Assembly: GCA_002633005.1 (NCBI GenBank)
Contig: NMRA01000645.1
Coordinates: 124,001 to 188,000 of the forward strand
Source: Phoronis australis
Taxonomy: Eukaryota; Animalia; Phoronida
Length of the DNA: 64,000 bases
Direction of reading: 5' to 3'
Made by a program: the position numbers and the translations under genes. This document shows positions 50,464-64,000 of the stretch, in pieces. Each line of letters opens with the position of its first letter. The stretch's first letter is position 1. A model generated the notes under the pieces. It saw nothing but the letters and a program-made list of their open reading frames with translations. It ran no database searches and was not told where the DNA came from.

Positions 50464-52798
50464 TTGTATGGTACAACAGTTTTTTTTAAAGAATTTGCCT
50501 TTTTTAGAAGTTATAGATCCAAATCCCAGATTTGTTTGCCTGTGACAGCTTTATGACTCTAGTGACATTCATGGCAGGTTCACGAAAGTCATAAGATTTC
50601 TTCTTGTGAAATTTGAACTGCATCATTCCCACATAGCATGACTGGAACAATCATAGTTGCAAAATTTTGACTAACGGAGGGAGTTTGTTCTTCGATTTAT
50701 CTAAATTTGTGTCTTCAACGACTTTCATGGTATATGGCAGGTCAGTCTTAGAAAAGCAGTGGGTATTTTTTCAACTTATACAGTTGTCGTCTAGAGAGCA
50801 CACTTAGAACTTTGAACTTTGGCAACAATCCTTGCGACTGGCTATATGGACTTCAACTTTGAATAGGTGGCCAGGGCGATTGTCTTGCTTGGGTTTATCG
50901 CTCTTATTGGAGTAAATATTCACCCCCCAATTCTTGAAATTTCCGATTTAAGCATTCATCTTTGGGTTGATGCTCGGACACCTTGTTTCCAAGCTAGCTC
51001 ACTGCCTGGGGCATTAACCAGAGTGTTTACTGTAGCTAATTAATAATTCCTCATGGCGTTGGTTAGCTGTGAACATTTTCTCATTTGACTCAATTTATAG
51101 TTGAGTTACCATTTTAAACTTAAAAGAATAAATCCTTTTTTGCTCAAATTCAAATCTTTTCATAACACCAACCATTACATCTTTGATAGCCTTCACCTAT
51201 GGGAATTTACGGCAGCCGGCATGCAATTAAATATCTTTAATCCTATCAGATCAAATGAGCTCTAATATTCTCTTGGCCTTCCCACCATAGGTGATTATTC
51301 CTTTTTGTCCAAAGATCGAAAATCCTATTATAAACATCTGCATCTTGCTGTAATTTCATGTTCTACACTGACTAATGAGGAAGATGCTGGCGATTCATGC
51401 CCTGGATTACCTGTAGTAAAGTGTCTTGAAATTTGAACAAAAATAATTGACTACTTTGTCATGGTTACATTTTCCAAACGCGTGTAATGTTTGCAAAAAA
51501 TGCTCAGAATTTCGCCCTGTGTTTTTTGCGGTATAGAAGGTGTAAAATATAGAATACAATTCTTACTGTATTTTTGGGATAAGATTTATTTATTAGTGAA
51601 ATAAAATTTCTCTTTTGTGCAGTATGGTGTTCAAAGTTGAAGATGCTATGCTACATAACAATCCCGCTTCGGATCCGGTAGGCATGTACTGCTGAGTTCG
51701 TGGGTGCGAAAGAACCAGCTTGTACTGATTCCTGTTTCTATATGATTGTAACTCGTGATTTCATTGACTTTTGGTAATTTCAATATCATGCGTGTATATG
51801 CTATTGCAATTACAGCAGACTGATTCATGAAATGATTATTTGAAAAATTAAATTAACGCTATTTGTTATAACTGTTATTCATAATTATGTACCTGTAAAA
51901 TCTTACCAATTTCAGAAAAAAATGTTAAAGGTGTTTTTCTTCCATTTTTCAAAAGCTCATTATGATGAATGCACTCAGTTTTTCAAAATTTTTGTCGATG
52001 GTATCCTTGAAGTTAAGATTAATAAAACCTTTATTTTGTGCTAATTATCTTTTATAAAAGAATGAAAAAAATAAAGTTTGAATCGTGTGTTGCATTGTGT
52101 TCCAAATTGGTGAACTCTTCTTATAATGGAAAGAAATTGTTGATGTTCTCAGTATCTCAACTTGCTTGTCATGTTGACCTCTCCCTCAATTGTCACCACC
52201 AAGAAATGTTAATGGCCTTGTGCAATTTATTATTCAATAGTTATCAAGCAGTAGTGACTACCTACTGGATATCATTCCTAGACACATCATTCCTAGACAG
52301 GACATATTAGAAATTTGCCCGCTTAACAACTTTTAAGCATTTCAAAACCCCACTTACATTTCCTAATTCGTTTTCCAATATCCTTTAGCAAATTACCGTG
52401 ACTCGGTCGACATTATTAATTGAAGGCTCTTTTTCCTGTCGTCTTAGATCTATTGGCAATGTTCGTTGGCTAATGTGTGCCTGTTGTCATCTACAAAGGT
52501 GTAGTGAACTGTCATGGTTACTCTGATGCTGCTTGAATCCAGGGATTTGTTTCGCGAAAAGTGACTTAAGACTTTTGTCAGAGATTTGATCTTGCCCTTG
52601 ACTCGACTATTTCTGTAAAACAATTAAATGTCATTTCAGTAAAAGTGCAGTCTCTGAGAATATACAACTAGTTACTGTGGTAATTTCTGTTATTATACCT
52701 GGACTCTGATGCACTCATAGTTACTTGGTTAATTAGTCCGTTTTCAGCAACTGTGAAGTGTATGACCAAAATTCTGTTGAAGTCTGAAGTAACTTTGA

Positions 52799-53027
52799 GG
52801 GTCCTGTTTCATGAAAAATGACACAAGATTAAAGTGAAAGATTTGATCTTATGATCTACACATTTATCTCTGGAAAATAACTAAATCTCATTTGCGCAAA
52901 AGTCCAAACTTCCAGGTAGTGAAATAATTTCTTTGATTTAGTTCGGTTGTGACACTTTCATAATTACTTGGCTAAACATTTTGTCACCAATTGTATAGTG
53001 GGAGTTTTAGACCAAATTTCTGTCTTA
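52799..53027. mobile_element. MITE family B copy, 3' end truncated or interrupted
   Basis: Collinear with 40832-41090 (TTTCATGAAA, ATTTGATC, ATTACTTGGCTAAAC, TTTCTGTCT); breaks at TAAGGCCCTTTCGTAC. Confidence 0.6.
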
Positions 53028-53389
53028 AGGCCCTTTCGTACTAACTTAACTCTGGTATGACCGGAACGTCAGCATAAACTGCGAATCATTCATACCAGCT
53101 TCGGTTGTTAACAGCATCAAAGTAAACAGTAGGTGTCGTCATCGAATAATTGGGAAGTACCTTTGATGCATCCCGTGTACGCTAAGATTTTTTAAATGGG
53201 ACAATTTGGGAAAATTTACGTGTGCTTATCGACAAAAAACTTAATAATTCGATTGGTGATTATTCAAGCAACAATAAGCGAGGACACTGCCCTTTGATTA
53301 TTGATGATAGCAGTGACCTCTGGCGATAACTGGCATGACATTGAACACCTTATGCGAATACGCGCCGCGCAAGAGAAAACCGGTCTGAA

Positions 53390-53610
53390 TGTAACCACAG
53401 CTGATAAATACTTCTGCCTTGACCCAGGTTTGTGGCCACATAGGAATTAGAAGTGGCGCAAGTTACCCTAGAACAAGTTACCCAACCTCGATAAGGTGGA
53501 GTAAGTTGTCACAAGTGGGGTAAGTTGCACGTGTTTAGCATCCATACAGTTCTCAAACCTTGTGAGAATTCGTTCCAGGAGTAACTGTGTCTGTGTTTGG
53601 ACTGCACTTA
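53390..53610. mobile_element. MITE family A copy 3 (partial)
   Basis: AAGTGGCGCAAGTTACCCTAGAACAAGTTACCC...GTTCCAGGAGTAA shared with copies 1 and 2. Confidence 0.65.
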
Positions 53611-55768
53611 TGTCACAGATTGGGTATTATGGTTATTGGTGAGTGGTCTTTCTCTACAGTTGCCTTGTAATTCGCGTAGGTCACGCTTTCCTGCATAGCA
53701 GACTTTGAAAGAAGTTTTCAAATTTTCCTCAAAACTTTTGAAGGTTGTTGAGGGTCATAGAGTTTGGTCTCCTTTTAAAATTTGTGTTTGCGCACATTGT
53801 GCTATGGCCTACAAAACTCACCGGATCAGTTCGAAAATGTACCGTAATTTGAAAAATTAGCTTAAAATTAAAATTTGCACCCAGTTACATATGACCTGGC
53901 TTAAACCTTAGGACAGTTGTATTTGGAAACTTAGTTCCAGTTAATGACCTTTATGTCAGTTTGCCGCTTCCAGTGCATTTTAAATCATGAATCTACAAAA
54001 GTGACTGAGGTGTGCTACTGAGAATGAAAAATTTAGACATAATAGTATACAAATTCAATAAAAAGTTGTAAAATATAAAAGAAACTTGTAGCTATTGATC
54101 CCACAAGGTCTCTGAATAAATCCGAACTTTGGAATCACATTTTTAGTCTTAACATCTGTCCTATTTGAAATTTGAGAGTCCTAGCTCAAAATTTGACTTT
54201 GCACTTAAATTGGTGATCTTTGATGTATATTACTTGATTTGTGTCTGTGATCTTTTATGTACGGTAATCAGCAGGTGAATGTTGATGAAGATTGTCATTA
54301 TGTAATAATGTTCATTAGTGAAGCTTTGAAATTGTGGGAAAAGCAGTGTTTTGAAATTTTCATGTACAACTTTTCTTCCGGTGCATTATGGGCAGTAAAA
54401 TGATATCCAAATGCTATTCAGGACTATATATGAAGTTGTTGAACTTCTGTTTCAGAGATATTGGGCTTCAAAAGTGGGTGGCAAATACGAACATAACTAA
54501 GAACTATGATTAAAACACATATAGAATACCGTAGCAGGACTCCCGGCTGCACTGACATGCGCAATTACCAAAGAATAATTGAGATTGTTAAGCTGAATTT
54601 GTCAACTGTGGCTGCCCTGTGTTGTCTTTTGAAACGTCTCCAAGATTCTTGTGTTTTCATTGAACAGATTGGTGAAAACACTAAATTTTAGGTTTTTGAC
54701 TGAAAATGATTTAAACTCAGGTTTCTCTTGTTCTTGTAGGCACACTCAGCTAACTAATAAAATGCACGCTTCCCAGTTCCCTGTATAATTTAAAACAGGA
54801 TTGTTGTATTGATTTCAAGTCAGTTCGATTCTGAGGTGCCTGCTAGAAGGGTCTTGGTGGAGTCACCTGATAACTCTGATATTACTGATGCACACACAAG
54901 TATAATGCACACCTTGTAACTGATTGATGAGTGATTAATAACTCATTTGTTTGATTGGTGCTGGTGAATTGAAGTCACTTTGTAATCCATACTAAGACAG
55001 GAGCAGATTCGATTGTCGTTAGCATTTCATTAGTGGGCCTGTGCAGACTGTGTCGTCGTTGCTTGCCGGTTGATAGCATGATTCATCTACTCGCCTCATA
55101 TTGTTGTGGGAGACGAATTCATCGTTTTTCGCGCTGAATCAGATTGTGTGGATTGCCAGTAGTCGCTGCGTCTCTCACCAAAGTTCAATGTGTGGATCTA
55201 CTATAGTGTTTGGCCATGACCAAAATTTAAGTGAATGAAGCTGTGAAACTTAGTACTTTTAAAGGATACACCTGATCAATCTATTGATTTAGAGTATTAT
55301 AGCATGTGTCATACAGTACAGAATGAGCGAAGCTAGTGGGTGTCTGTTTGGTATTGCGAGATTTTCCTGGAGTGGGTTTCAAAGAATTTTCTTTCATGTT
55401 GGATTATGGAATAGTACACAGTAGGTTGGGAACCAGATCCCTATGATGTTACATTTATGGAGAAACTTGAGAGGAAGTGCTAATTAATGCCTTTACATTG
55501 GCATCACAAGTTATTCTTCTTCAAGACATCAGTTTGTGTGTGCTGAATTTCAACACAAGCACGATAATCGAACTGCTGGTGGGAAGTAGTGCAAAGTTTT
55601 GAAAGTTGTCTTATGAAGTGAAGGGGTTTTATATTTGTGGTGGATACAGCAAGGTAGTCGAAGCTTTGGTGGAAGATTTTGTGCTGTTTAGTAAAATGGC
55701 CGAACCAATTACACCCGCTATGCCAGTGATGTAAATTGTTTTAGTTGATAAGGTAACTGCACAGAACA

Positions 55769-55837
55769 ATGTCACTGCCAGCTGTAGCACCAAGAATCTA
55801 TTATTACCGACAGTCACGTTGGCGTCATCACCTACAG
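55769..55837 (+). CDS. SCHIP1: Probable alternative first coding exon of a short SCHIP1 isoform (MSLPAVAPRIYYYRQSRWRHHLQ)
   Basis: ACAATGT start, 23 open codons, strong phase-0 donor CAG|GTAAGC. Same phase as the 45401 donor, so it can join the same downstream exon. Preceded by about 0.8 kb of non-repetitive leader-like sequence. Confidence 0.55.
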
Positions 55838-57412
55838 GTAAGCAGTCGGAGGTGAAATTGTCGGAAGAAGCTATGCTTTCAAGATGTGGTTTTCTTTGGT
55901 ACGTTATGCAAATAAATGAGAAGCTGTACCGTCAACATTTACCACAGAGTTAGCCCTCAGCGAAATACAAACATAGCACAATTTTCTTGTCGTGTTTTTT
56001 GCGTCCTTCCTTTCTGCGAATTCACTGGAATGACCATAGCATTCATTATTTTCACTCGCTGTGCATGTCGCTACCATTTTCTGTCAAAATGTAAGTACCA
56101 CGGACTCTTGCGACACTATGGCAATTCTTAACCAGTTTGGCACACAATATGATGGACAAGTGGAATTTTATTTTATCTAATTTTTCCCTTGAAACAACTT
56201 ACATTTAAAATTACAGTCGATTTCAGCTCATTCTGTCATAAAACATTTTGCGTTTGAGAGGCTGAAAAAAGACCATTTTGACATTTATTTTTGTGTGAAA
56301 GAAGTACTACAGAGCAATCATTTGTCATTTAAAACAGGCAGAACTGGTTATTTTCAAACTTGGCTCAAGATTTCAAACATAACATGTAGGGTCAGAACAC
56401 TGCTCTGTCATGTATGAAGACAATTCTAAATTCAATCTGAAATGCATTTAACTCGGTATTACCTCCAGTGCAAATTTTTATGAATAATAAATTTTTATTC
56501 AAATTCATTAACATTTACATTATCATCACATGTCTAAGCACTTGTATTACAATATTTATGTGGATCTGTGATTGACGGTGCGACACCCTTGGCGGGGAAG
56601 CAGTGGGTCATTTGTCTGACAAACGAGAGATGATTAGCTGGCTTTAAAATGTTGTTGACATGTGTTTCTTTGCGGCTTTTGAGAAAAAGTCCTAAGACCT
56701 TTGCTGAAATTGATGCAGGCATAGGTTTGAAAATTAGTCGGCGTACAGACCAGACCCAACTATGCTTTTTGGCCTAACCTGCGCAAAAGTTGCTGCAGGC
56801 TTTTTCAATGTCACTACATAAAATAACTCAATGACTGTGGACTACATGTGAATATGTTAATAATGAAATGCACTCAGTAACCTAAGTAACCACTGGACGG
56901 GCTTTATGTGACCAATAATAGAATATAACTGTATGTTGTATGCTATAAATGTTGGTGTCATGAGAACTGTGTTCAGCTATGACTGCCTTCTCCACGGTTA
57001 TTGGGTGCATGTTTACTTGAATTGAAAATCATCAGTTGTCTTTGTGCTGAGTTGCATGTTCCGCTAAATCTTCAACACCGGTTTCCTCCGCAGGGACCAG
57101 AGTGACTGAATATATGTGTGCAGTTGAAGCAATAAGTAGAATGTAACGTTTACTCAAAAATATGCCTGCACAGATAATGTGTAAAAATACAGCCTAAGCT
57201 ATGGTATATGAAGACTGGGGTGTGGTAATTTTAGCTGCTCCGGGCCATCACAATTTTTCTCATCCACGGCAGTCACCAAAATGCTTTGTTTTCCCAGCCC
57301 AGACATTCGGTGAAGCCTACACCCTTGAGGTGAAGGGCCTTGATTTGTATGGCAGCTCCCTTAGGCTTCAGGTTTGTTAGGTTTATTTTAAAGTATCATC
57401 TCGCCTTCATCT

Positions 57413-57672
57413 ATAGGGTATGCAGGGTGTCCAAACGGACACACCGACCCAAATGTACACACGCTAGTTGGGACGCCTAGTTCAGCATTTAGATACCCAA
57501 GTAAAGTAAGCAAATAAGAATGGTTGTCTCTTCTAACTTGTCAGCAGCAGCCCTGGAAGCGTATTGGCCTGTTCAGGATAAAGCGGTTGTTTAGAAAGGA
57601 GGAAACATATTGGTCATGGACGCCCTGAGAAATTGGGAAACCTATTTTGGACGGCCTTTTTAAAATCCTGCA
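57413..57672. mobile_element. Degenerate relative of the 50116 hAT MITE
   Basis: Shared GGGTGTCCAAACGGAC, CATGGACGCCC and TATTTTGGAC...AAATCCTG blocks in the same order; termini eroded. Confidence 0.5.
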
Positions 57673-60600
57673 TTGTAGTGGTGTGGCATTATACAGAATG
57701 TTAAGATTTTTTTCATAGTTAAATTAGTAAACTGTTTAATTCATAATAAAGTTTCATTTTTGTTAAAATTATCCTGCGTTGTACTGTAGTGAGTACTAAC
57801 ACGCGTCAATTTGAGCTTGATTCACCACCATACTTAATACTTGTGATGAGAATGTGTGGTCCTTTAATGGGAATTGTTTGAAGGCGCCCAATTTGTTCTG
57901 TCATTTTCAGGCTAATTTGACATAAGCATTGTGGATCATTTCTTCATTTATCTTCATGTTTTCTTGGAGGCAGGAAAGAGATTATTGATTCTCTTCATTT
58001 TATCAAAAGGACAAATGTACTATAGCTTTTGAAAAAAGTCGGCAGATTTTGTAAAAAGCCGTCTCCAGCCTTTGTCAAAGCTGTGGCAAAAACCCAGAAG
58101 AGAAACAGACACAAAAACACTAAAATTAACATGAAATTTCGCTTAAAATTTTTCACCATTTTTTTACCACCAGACAATATTTTGAGGGCATTCACTGTAA
58201 TGTTAGAAATCCTTGAAAAATGAAAAGAGGCAATTTTTGGCATTTATTTTTGTTCGATACCGATATGATTTATTGGTGAGATTTATTGATAGATTTTGCA
58301 TGTTTTGAAGGTAGCTCAGGAGTAACCCTTAACTAAATGGTCTTGACACTTGTAAGTGATAATGACCGCTTTCATCTTGAAAGCATGTCCAGAGAGTACA
58401 CTATGTTATTTACTTGGTGAAATGAAAGTTCTCCAAGTAAGTAAGTTGCTTTGACATAAAATTTTTGTTTGTTTCTTTTTTTCTTTGTTTGCACGCTACA
58501 GATCACAATTCTTATTGGATCAACGGAAATACGCACACAACATGTTTCGTGAATGGTTCGAAGTCTGTTGTTTTTGGTTGAAATCAGATACACGATAGCG
58601 CTGAGGTGACCAGTTTTCCATTTTTTGTTTGCGGAACCATAGCTCCGTTGGTTTTGGTTGTATTTTTCTGATTTTTTTCTGTGGATATATCATTCCAAAT
58701 GGCTCATTTGTTTCTCTCTAGGTCTTACTGTTCTTGAGTTATTCGAGATTTTCGGAGGAGTGGTCTCCAAATAGCTGAGTTTTTTTGCCGTATCTTTGGC
58801 GTCCCTTGACAGATCTGTCTGAAATTTGGCATGTGAATAGATCTTTTCAAGCCCTATCAGCACTGTGCAACCTGTTTCTTGCTACAACTAACAGTTCTCG
58901 GGATATTCAAGATTTACTACTCAGATGACTGCTCTTTTGTTGACTAAGTTAATTACAGCTGCACTTTGTTATGCTATCATATTTGTGCTAGAGATCGGAG
59001 TTTTCGTCTGATCGACTTGAAATTTAGGCACAGTGTTTACTAGTCAATAGCCCGAAAAAGGTTTGTCCGCAAGGGGGCGCTGTGACACACATTTTCCGAA
59101 TTATGTATGCGGAGCTTTGCGATCCTTTGACCGAACCTTTTCGAATCTGGTACGTAAATAGATGTCCTTACAGGCTGTCTGATACCTTAGTGTAATAAGC
59201 ATAGGTGTCATGATTGTTTATGTTCTTGGTTTCGTCGTCGATATCACCTTCAAATTTTAAATTTCTTTCACCAAGTGTCCCTCTTCATGGGGCTTTCATT
59301 TTGTATTGCTCAAATGATCGAATATTGCAAAGGTTGGAAAATAGTACATGTTTTTACGAAAACGCTCTGTACTGATTAATTTTGATGTGTGTATAGCTGA
59401 TTAACTTTAGTAGTTTGAAAGGAATTTGGCACAGTAGAATCACCTTCCTGCACATGAACACCTGTTCATGGGACTTAACTTATGCAGCTATCACATGGCA
59501 TCTGCTTCCTAGTTTCAAATTTGCAAAAATATGTTAAATGTGGTAACCATGACAACTGTGTCCCTTGCACTGTCCATGCCATTGGTTGCCTGCTTTTACT
59601 GATTACTGTGTAATGAGTTGACAGTCTGAAGTGCACCATGTGGGAGTTTGTGGTTGGGCAATGTGGGCTTTGTTCAAATTGATTTTTAACTCGTTTTGGC
59701 AAATGTTTCTGCAGGGTAGGCAGCTTGTTTGTTAATTTTTTTTCAAAGACTTGCTTAGATTTTCAGTTATATACAAAAAGGTGAAATGTTGGTGAATCAT
59801 TTGTTAATTTTTATGTTGATTATTATATTACCACAAAGTATAATCTGTTAGTGAAACGGAATGTTTTGCAAAGTAAAAATATTTATGCTGTCACCCCTAG
59901 TTTTTGGGTTATTCTGAAATCACCAGAAAAGTTTCAGCTGTGTCCACTGTATTGCTGCCAGAGTAACATTTGGGAGATTTTATTTTGTCAGGATTTCAAG
60001 TGGTCTTTGCATTGTACAATAGACAAGTCAAGTTCATTAAGAACTTTAGGCCATCTGTTGTCTCAACATTGGTGTGAAAAGTTCACTCTGAAGATTTCAA
60101 GAGGCTTATCATATCACTGTTTGCTGTTAAGTTGAGGAATGGCATCTTGTTCATAAATTTGCTCCTGGTTTTGTAGCAAAATTCAGTCAGCAGTTATGTC
60201 TTTGTAAATGGAAAATGAGCTGTTCAATGGATGTGTCGTGTAGTAGTTACCTGGCGACTTTAGAAAAGTATGGCATCAGGACATCAAACAGTTTGGTAAG
60301 TGTTTTACTGATGTAGAAAATAGGCTTGAATGCTTCCAAAGTGTTACAGGTATGTAGGAACCTAGAAAAATTCCAAAATTCACTATCTTCCTAACATCAT
60401 ATCTCAGAAATGGTTGATTGGCTTCACAAGTCTACAATATTCGAAAACGAAAATAGACTTCATGAAACTGTAGCAGCGTTTTTGAGATTTCATTTTGACA
60501 GTGCTGTAGTGGTAAAATTAGAGGTAAGTAGGCACCCACAGCCCACTGTATCACATTGAGCACTGAACATAACTTACGGTGCGTAGGCGCTACGTTCAAA

Positions 60601-61022
60601 TACCAAAAGGTGGTTGGCTGCGCCTGCGTGCGCCTACGCCCCACTACAGCACTGCATTTTGAATTTTTCTATCCAACAATCAAACACAGGCATGTTTAAA
60701 ACTGTTAGTGTGTCCAAATGACAGCAGGCCGGCCTGTTTCAAATTTCTTAAGTCACTTTTCATAAAACTGGCCCAAGCACTAACGATGTGTTCCGTGCAC
60801 GCAAGACAGTCGTGAGAACCTTACAGTCAGACATTTTTGCTTAGTATGGAATACATGCTGTGAATTTTCCCTCATAATTCAACATTCGATCCTCACCGAC
60901 CTGTCATGTCAGGGACAGCCATTTTGCTTGTCTATGCAAGTAAGGTCTTGAGATTAGTCATAAAACTCACCTTTTATTCACATTATTTTGGGTGCTCTTA
61001 CCCGATCTTGTTTTTGATAAAG

Positions 61023-63845
61023 AAACATTGACATATCTAGCAGATACATGTATCTCTTATTAACAAATCAATATGGAAACTGTAATGCAAACCATATCAT
61101 CAGGGTACTAAGAAATGCATGAGCTGGCTTGGTGTGTATAAACAGTAACGTTAATACCCGTAGGGGTATGTCAAAGGTACATTAGGTCTGCTCGAGTTAA
61201 TATCGTAGGTGCCATGCAGATTATCCCTTGGAGGGACGCACTTGACAGGTCTACAAAGTATCCATTTTTTGCACATATTGTAACTAGTATTTTTGAGTGT
61301 TAAAAAGCTTGTTTAGCATTTTTTTGATTCGAATTCAATGAAGTTGCATTTCATACAGTTGAATTATGTTAAAGAGAACAACTTTTATGAATGGGAGGCT
61401 TTCACTGCAACTGAAAATGGACCTTTTTAACTGCGCTATCTCTCTAAAAGGGTGGTTTATCATTCCAACTCATGTGATTATCACAACTTTTCCTAGCTAG
61501 TACTTCTGGAGTAACTAAGCATCTATACTGGCTAACATAGCAACCAGGTAAAAAATATTGTTTTCAAGCTATTGGCTGGTGAACATTGGAAGATGTGCTG
61601 GATCGTTTGCCAACCACACCTGAGTGAGGCTCGTGCACTGTCACGCTCAAGTTGCGTCATTATCAAACCCTCTCAAATTTGAACACTTCAGTGTACAAAA
61701 TTGTATGCGTTACCATAAGCACTATGACCTGTAACAGAATGATACTGAGGCCGAATTGTATTACAACTTGAAGTGAAGTAATTTCAAAATTATTTCAACC
61801 GTACATATGCGTGAAAAGGACATCAATTGTTGCTTCATCAACTTCAGACTTCATTCGGTAACTTTATACGAACGCCAAGTAACACCCAATGCACCCTATA
61901 GGCCATTCGAAGAAAATGGACTACTTATCAAGTGTGAATTAGTTCTCAAGGGAATATGAATAGTTTGCAAAAATTCCATGTCTAAGGTTTCAAAAATCAT
62001 TAATTAGTTTCGTCACCTTTTGACAACCTCATTACACAGAGATCTGTAATTTGCGAAAAATAATTATGACTAATCCCTCTCCATAACTAGTACAGGGGAA
62101 GATGACAACCATGCTCCTTGCGATCCTAGCAGCAAAAATAAATTTGAAAGTCCCATGTTGGACCAATTTTACCACTTTCCAATAGGGGGCATTCTACATA
62201 CATCTCTGTAGCATTGCAAGAGCACTAAAGTTTCTTCGCTTGACCAAATGTCTAGTTCTGGTATGCAAGATGAGCGAGTTGACAAGGTTGAAATGCAAAT
62301 TTTGTGCGACTCGTTTAAATATCCAACCACATAATAGTGGCAATTTGACAACGTGATGAATGCAAAAAATTTGTAAAAAGCCGGAAATATTCCACTGCAT
62401 TTAAATTCACACAAAAATGGAGAACGTTGTCCCATCAACTACCCNAAACATTGACAGATCTAGCAGATACGTGTATCTCTTATTAACAAATCAATATGGA
62501 AACTGTAATGCAAACCATATCATCAGGATACTAAGAAATGCATGAGCTGGCTTGGTGTGTATGAACAGTAACACTAATACCCGTAGGGGTATGTCAAAGG
62601 TACATTAGGTCTGCTCCAGTTAATATCGTAGGTGCCATGCAGATTATCCCTTGGAGGGAGCACTTGACAGGTCTACAAAGTATCCATTTTTTGCACATAT
62701 TGTAACTAGTATTTTTGAGTGTTAAAAAGCTTGTGTAGCATTTTTTAAATTTGAATTCAATGAAGTTGCATTTCATACAGCTGAATTATGTTAAAGAGAA
62801 CAACTTTTATGAATGGGTGGCTTTCACTACAATTGAAAATGGACCTTTTTAACTGCGCTATCTCTCTAAAAGGGTGGTTTATCATTCCCTTTTTTCCTAG
62901 CTAGTACTTCTGGAGTAACTAAGCATCTATACTGGCTAACATCGCCTCCAGGTAAAAAATATTGTTTTCAAGCTATTGGCTGGTGAACATTGGAATATGT
63001 GCTGGATCGTTTGCCAACCACACATGAGTGAGGCTCGTGCACTGTCATGCTCAAGTTGCGCCATTATCAAACCCGCTCAAATTTGAACACTGTGTACAAA
63101 ATTGTATGTGTTACCATAAGCACTATGACCTGTAACAGAATGATACTGAGGCTGAATTGTATTACGACTTGAAGTGAAGTAATTTCAAAATTATTTCAAC
63201 CATACATATGCGTGAAAAGGACATCAATTGTTGCTTCATCAACTTCAGACTTCATCCAGTAACTTTATACGAAAGCCAAGTAACACCCAATGCACCCTGT
63301 AGGCCATTCGAAGAAAAAGGACTACTTATCAAGTGTGAATTAGTTCTCAAGGGAATATGAATAGTTTGCAAAAATTCCATGTCTTAGGTTTCAAAAATCA
63401 TTAATTAGTTTCGTCACCTTTTGACAACCTCATTACACAGAGATCTGTAATTTGCGAAAAATAATTATGACTAATCCCTCTCCATAACTAGTACAGGGGA
63501 AGATGACAACCATGCTCCTTGCGATCCTAGCAGCAAAAATAAATTTGAAAGTCCCATGTTGGACCAATTTTACCACTTTCCAATAGGGGGCATTCTACAT
63601 ACATCTCTGTAGCATTGCAAGAGCACTAAAGTTTCTTCGCTTGACCAAATGTCTAGTTCTGGTATGCAAGATGAGCGAGTTGACAAGGTTGAAATGCAAA
63701 TTTTGTGCGACTCGTTTAAATATCCAACCACATAATAGTGGCAATTTGACAACGTGATGAACGCAAAGAATTTGTAAAAAGCCGGAAATATTCCACTGCA
63801 TTTAAATTCACACAAAAATGGAGAACGTTGTCCCATCAACTACCC
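61023..63845. repeat. ~1.4-kb direct tandem duplication (61023-62444 / 62446-63845) joined by a single N
   Basis: Near-identical units (identical 89-aa spurious ORFs), scattered substitutions and a ~20-bp indel; N at 62445 exactly at the junction. Confidence 0.9.
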
Positions 63846-64000
63846 AATCGACATCTATTGGCAAGGAGGAATATTCCATCATATAGCTCAACTGTTTTGG
63901 AAAATGGCTGTTGCTTTTATTCAAAGGTGTTAATGCACCTAGCTTCAGTCAAAATCCAACTTAGATTTTGTCCACTTACTGTTTTAAAGTATGTCTCTGT

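Noticed and set aside
62169-63839. Duplicated 89-aa and 68-aa ORFs
   Set aside because: By-products of the 1.4-kb duplication; no domain or splice support.
45402-64000. Search for the conserved SCHIP1 core exon (ERESIRQKLALG-like) downstream
   Set aside because: Not found by eye; presumed to lie beyond the window, though a short exon could have been missed.

Overview
AT-rich, intron- and transposon-rich eukaryotic DNA, most likely a marine invertebrate animal (inference from gene content and repeat types). It is not prokaryotic, and most ORFs in the supplied track are spurious. Two genes are arranged head-to-head. (1) Minus strand: the first coding exon (18018-18153) of a PRKX/PKA-C3-like kinase, whose next exon I could not find in 1-18017. 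(2) Plus strand: a multi-exon IQCJ-SCHIP1-like gene (candidate leader exon ending 23646; coding exons 26546-45401; probable alternative short first exon 55769-55837; shared SCHIP1 3' exons apparently beyond the window). The main observation is that IQCJ-like and SCHIP1-like sequence sit in one continuous 946-nt exon, with an extra upstream IQ motif. This suggests the vertebrate 'read-through fusion' may be the ancestral gene. The space between the genes holds a 2.9-kb Mutator-like element (272-bp TIRs, 9-bp TSD) with a nested hAT element, and a 5-bp-TSD MITE. Introns carry many hAT- and Harbinger-type MITEs, including a deleted Harbinger with a transposase remnant. A 1.4-kb tandem duplication at 61-64 kb joined by an N is probably an assembly artefact. 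Homology statements rest on my recall of human protein sequences and need BLAST/HMM confirmation.
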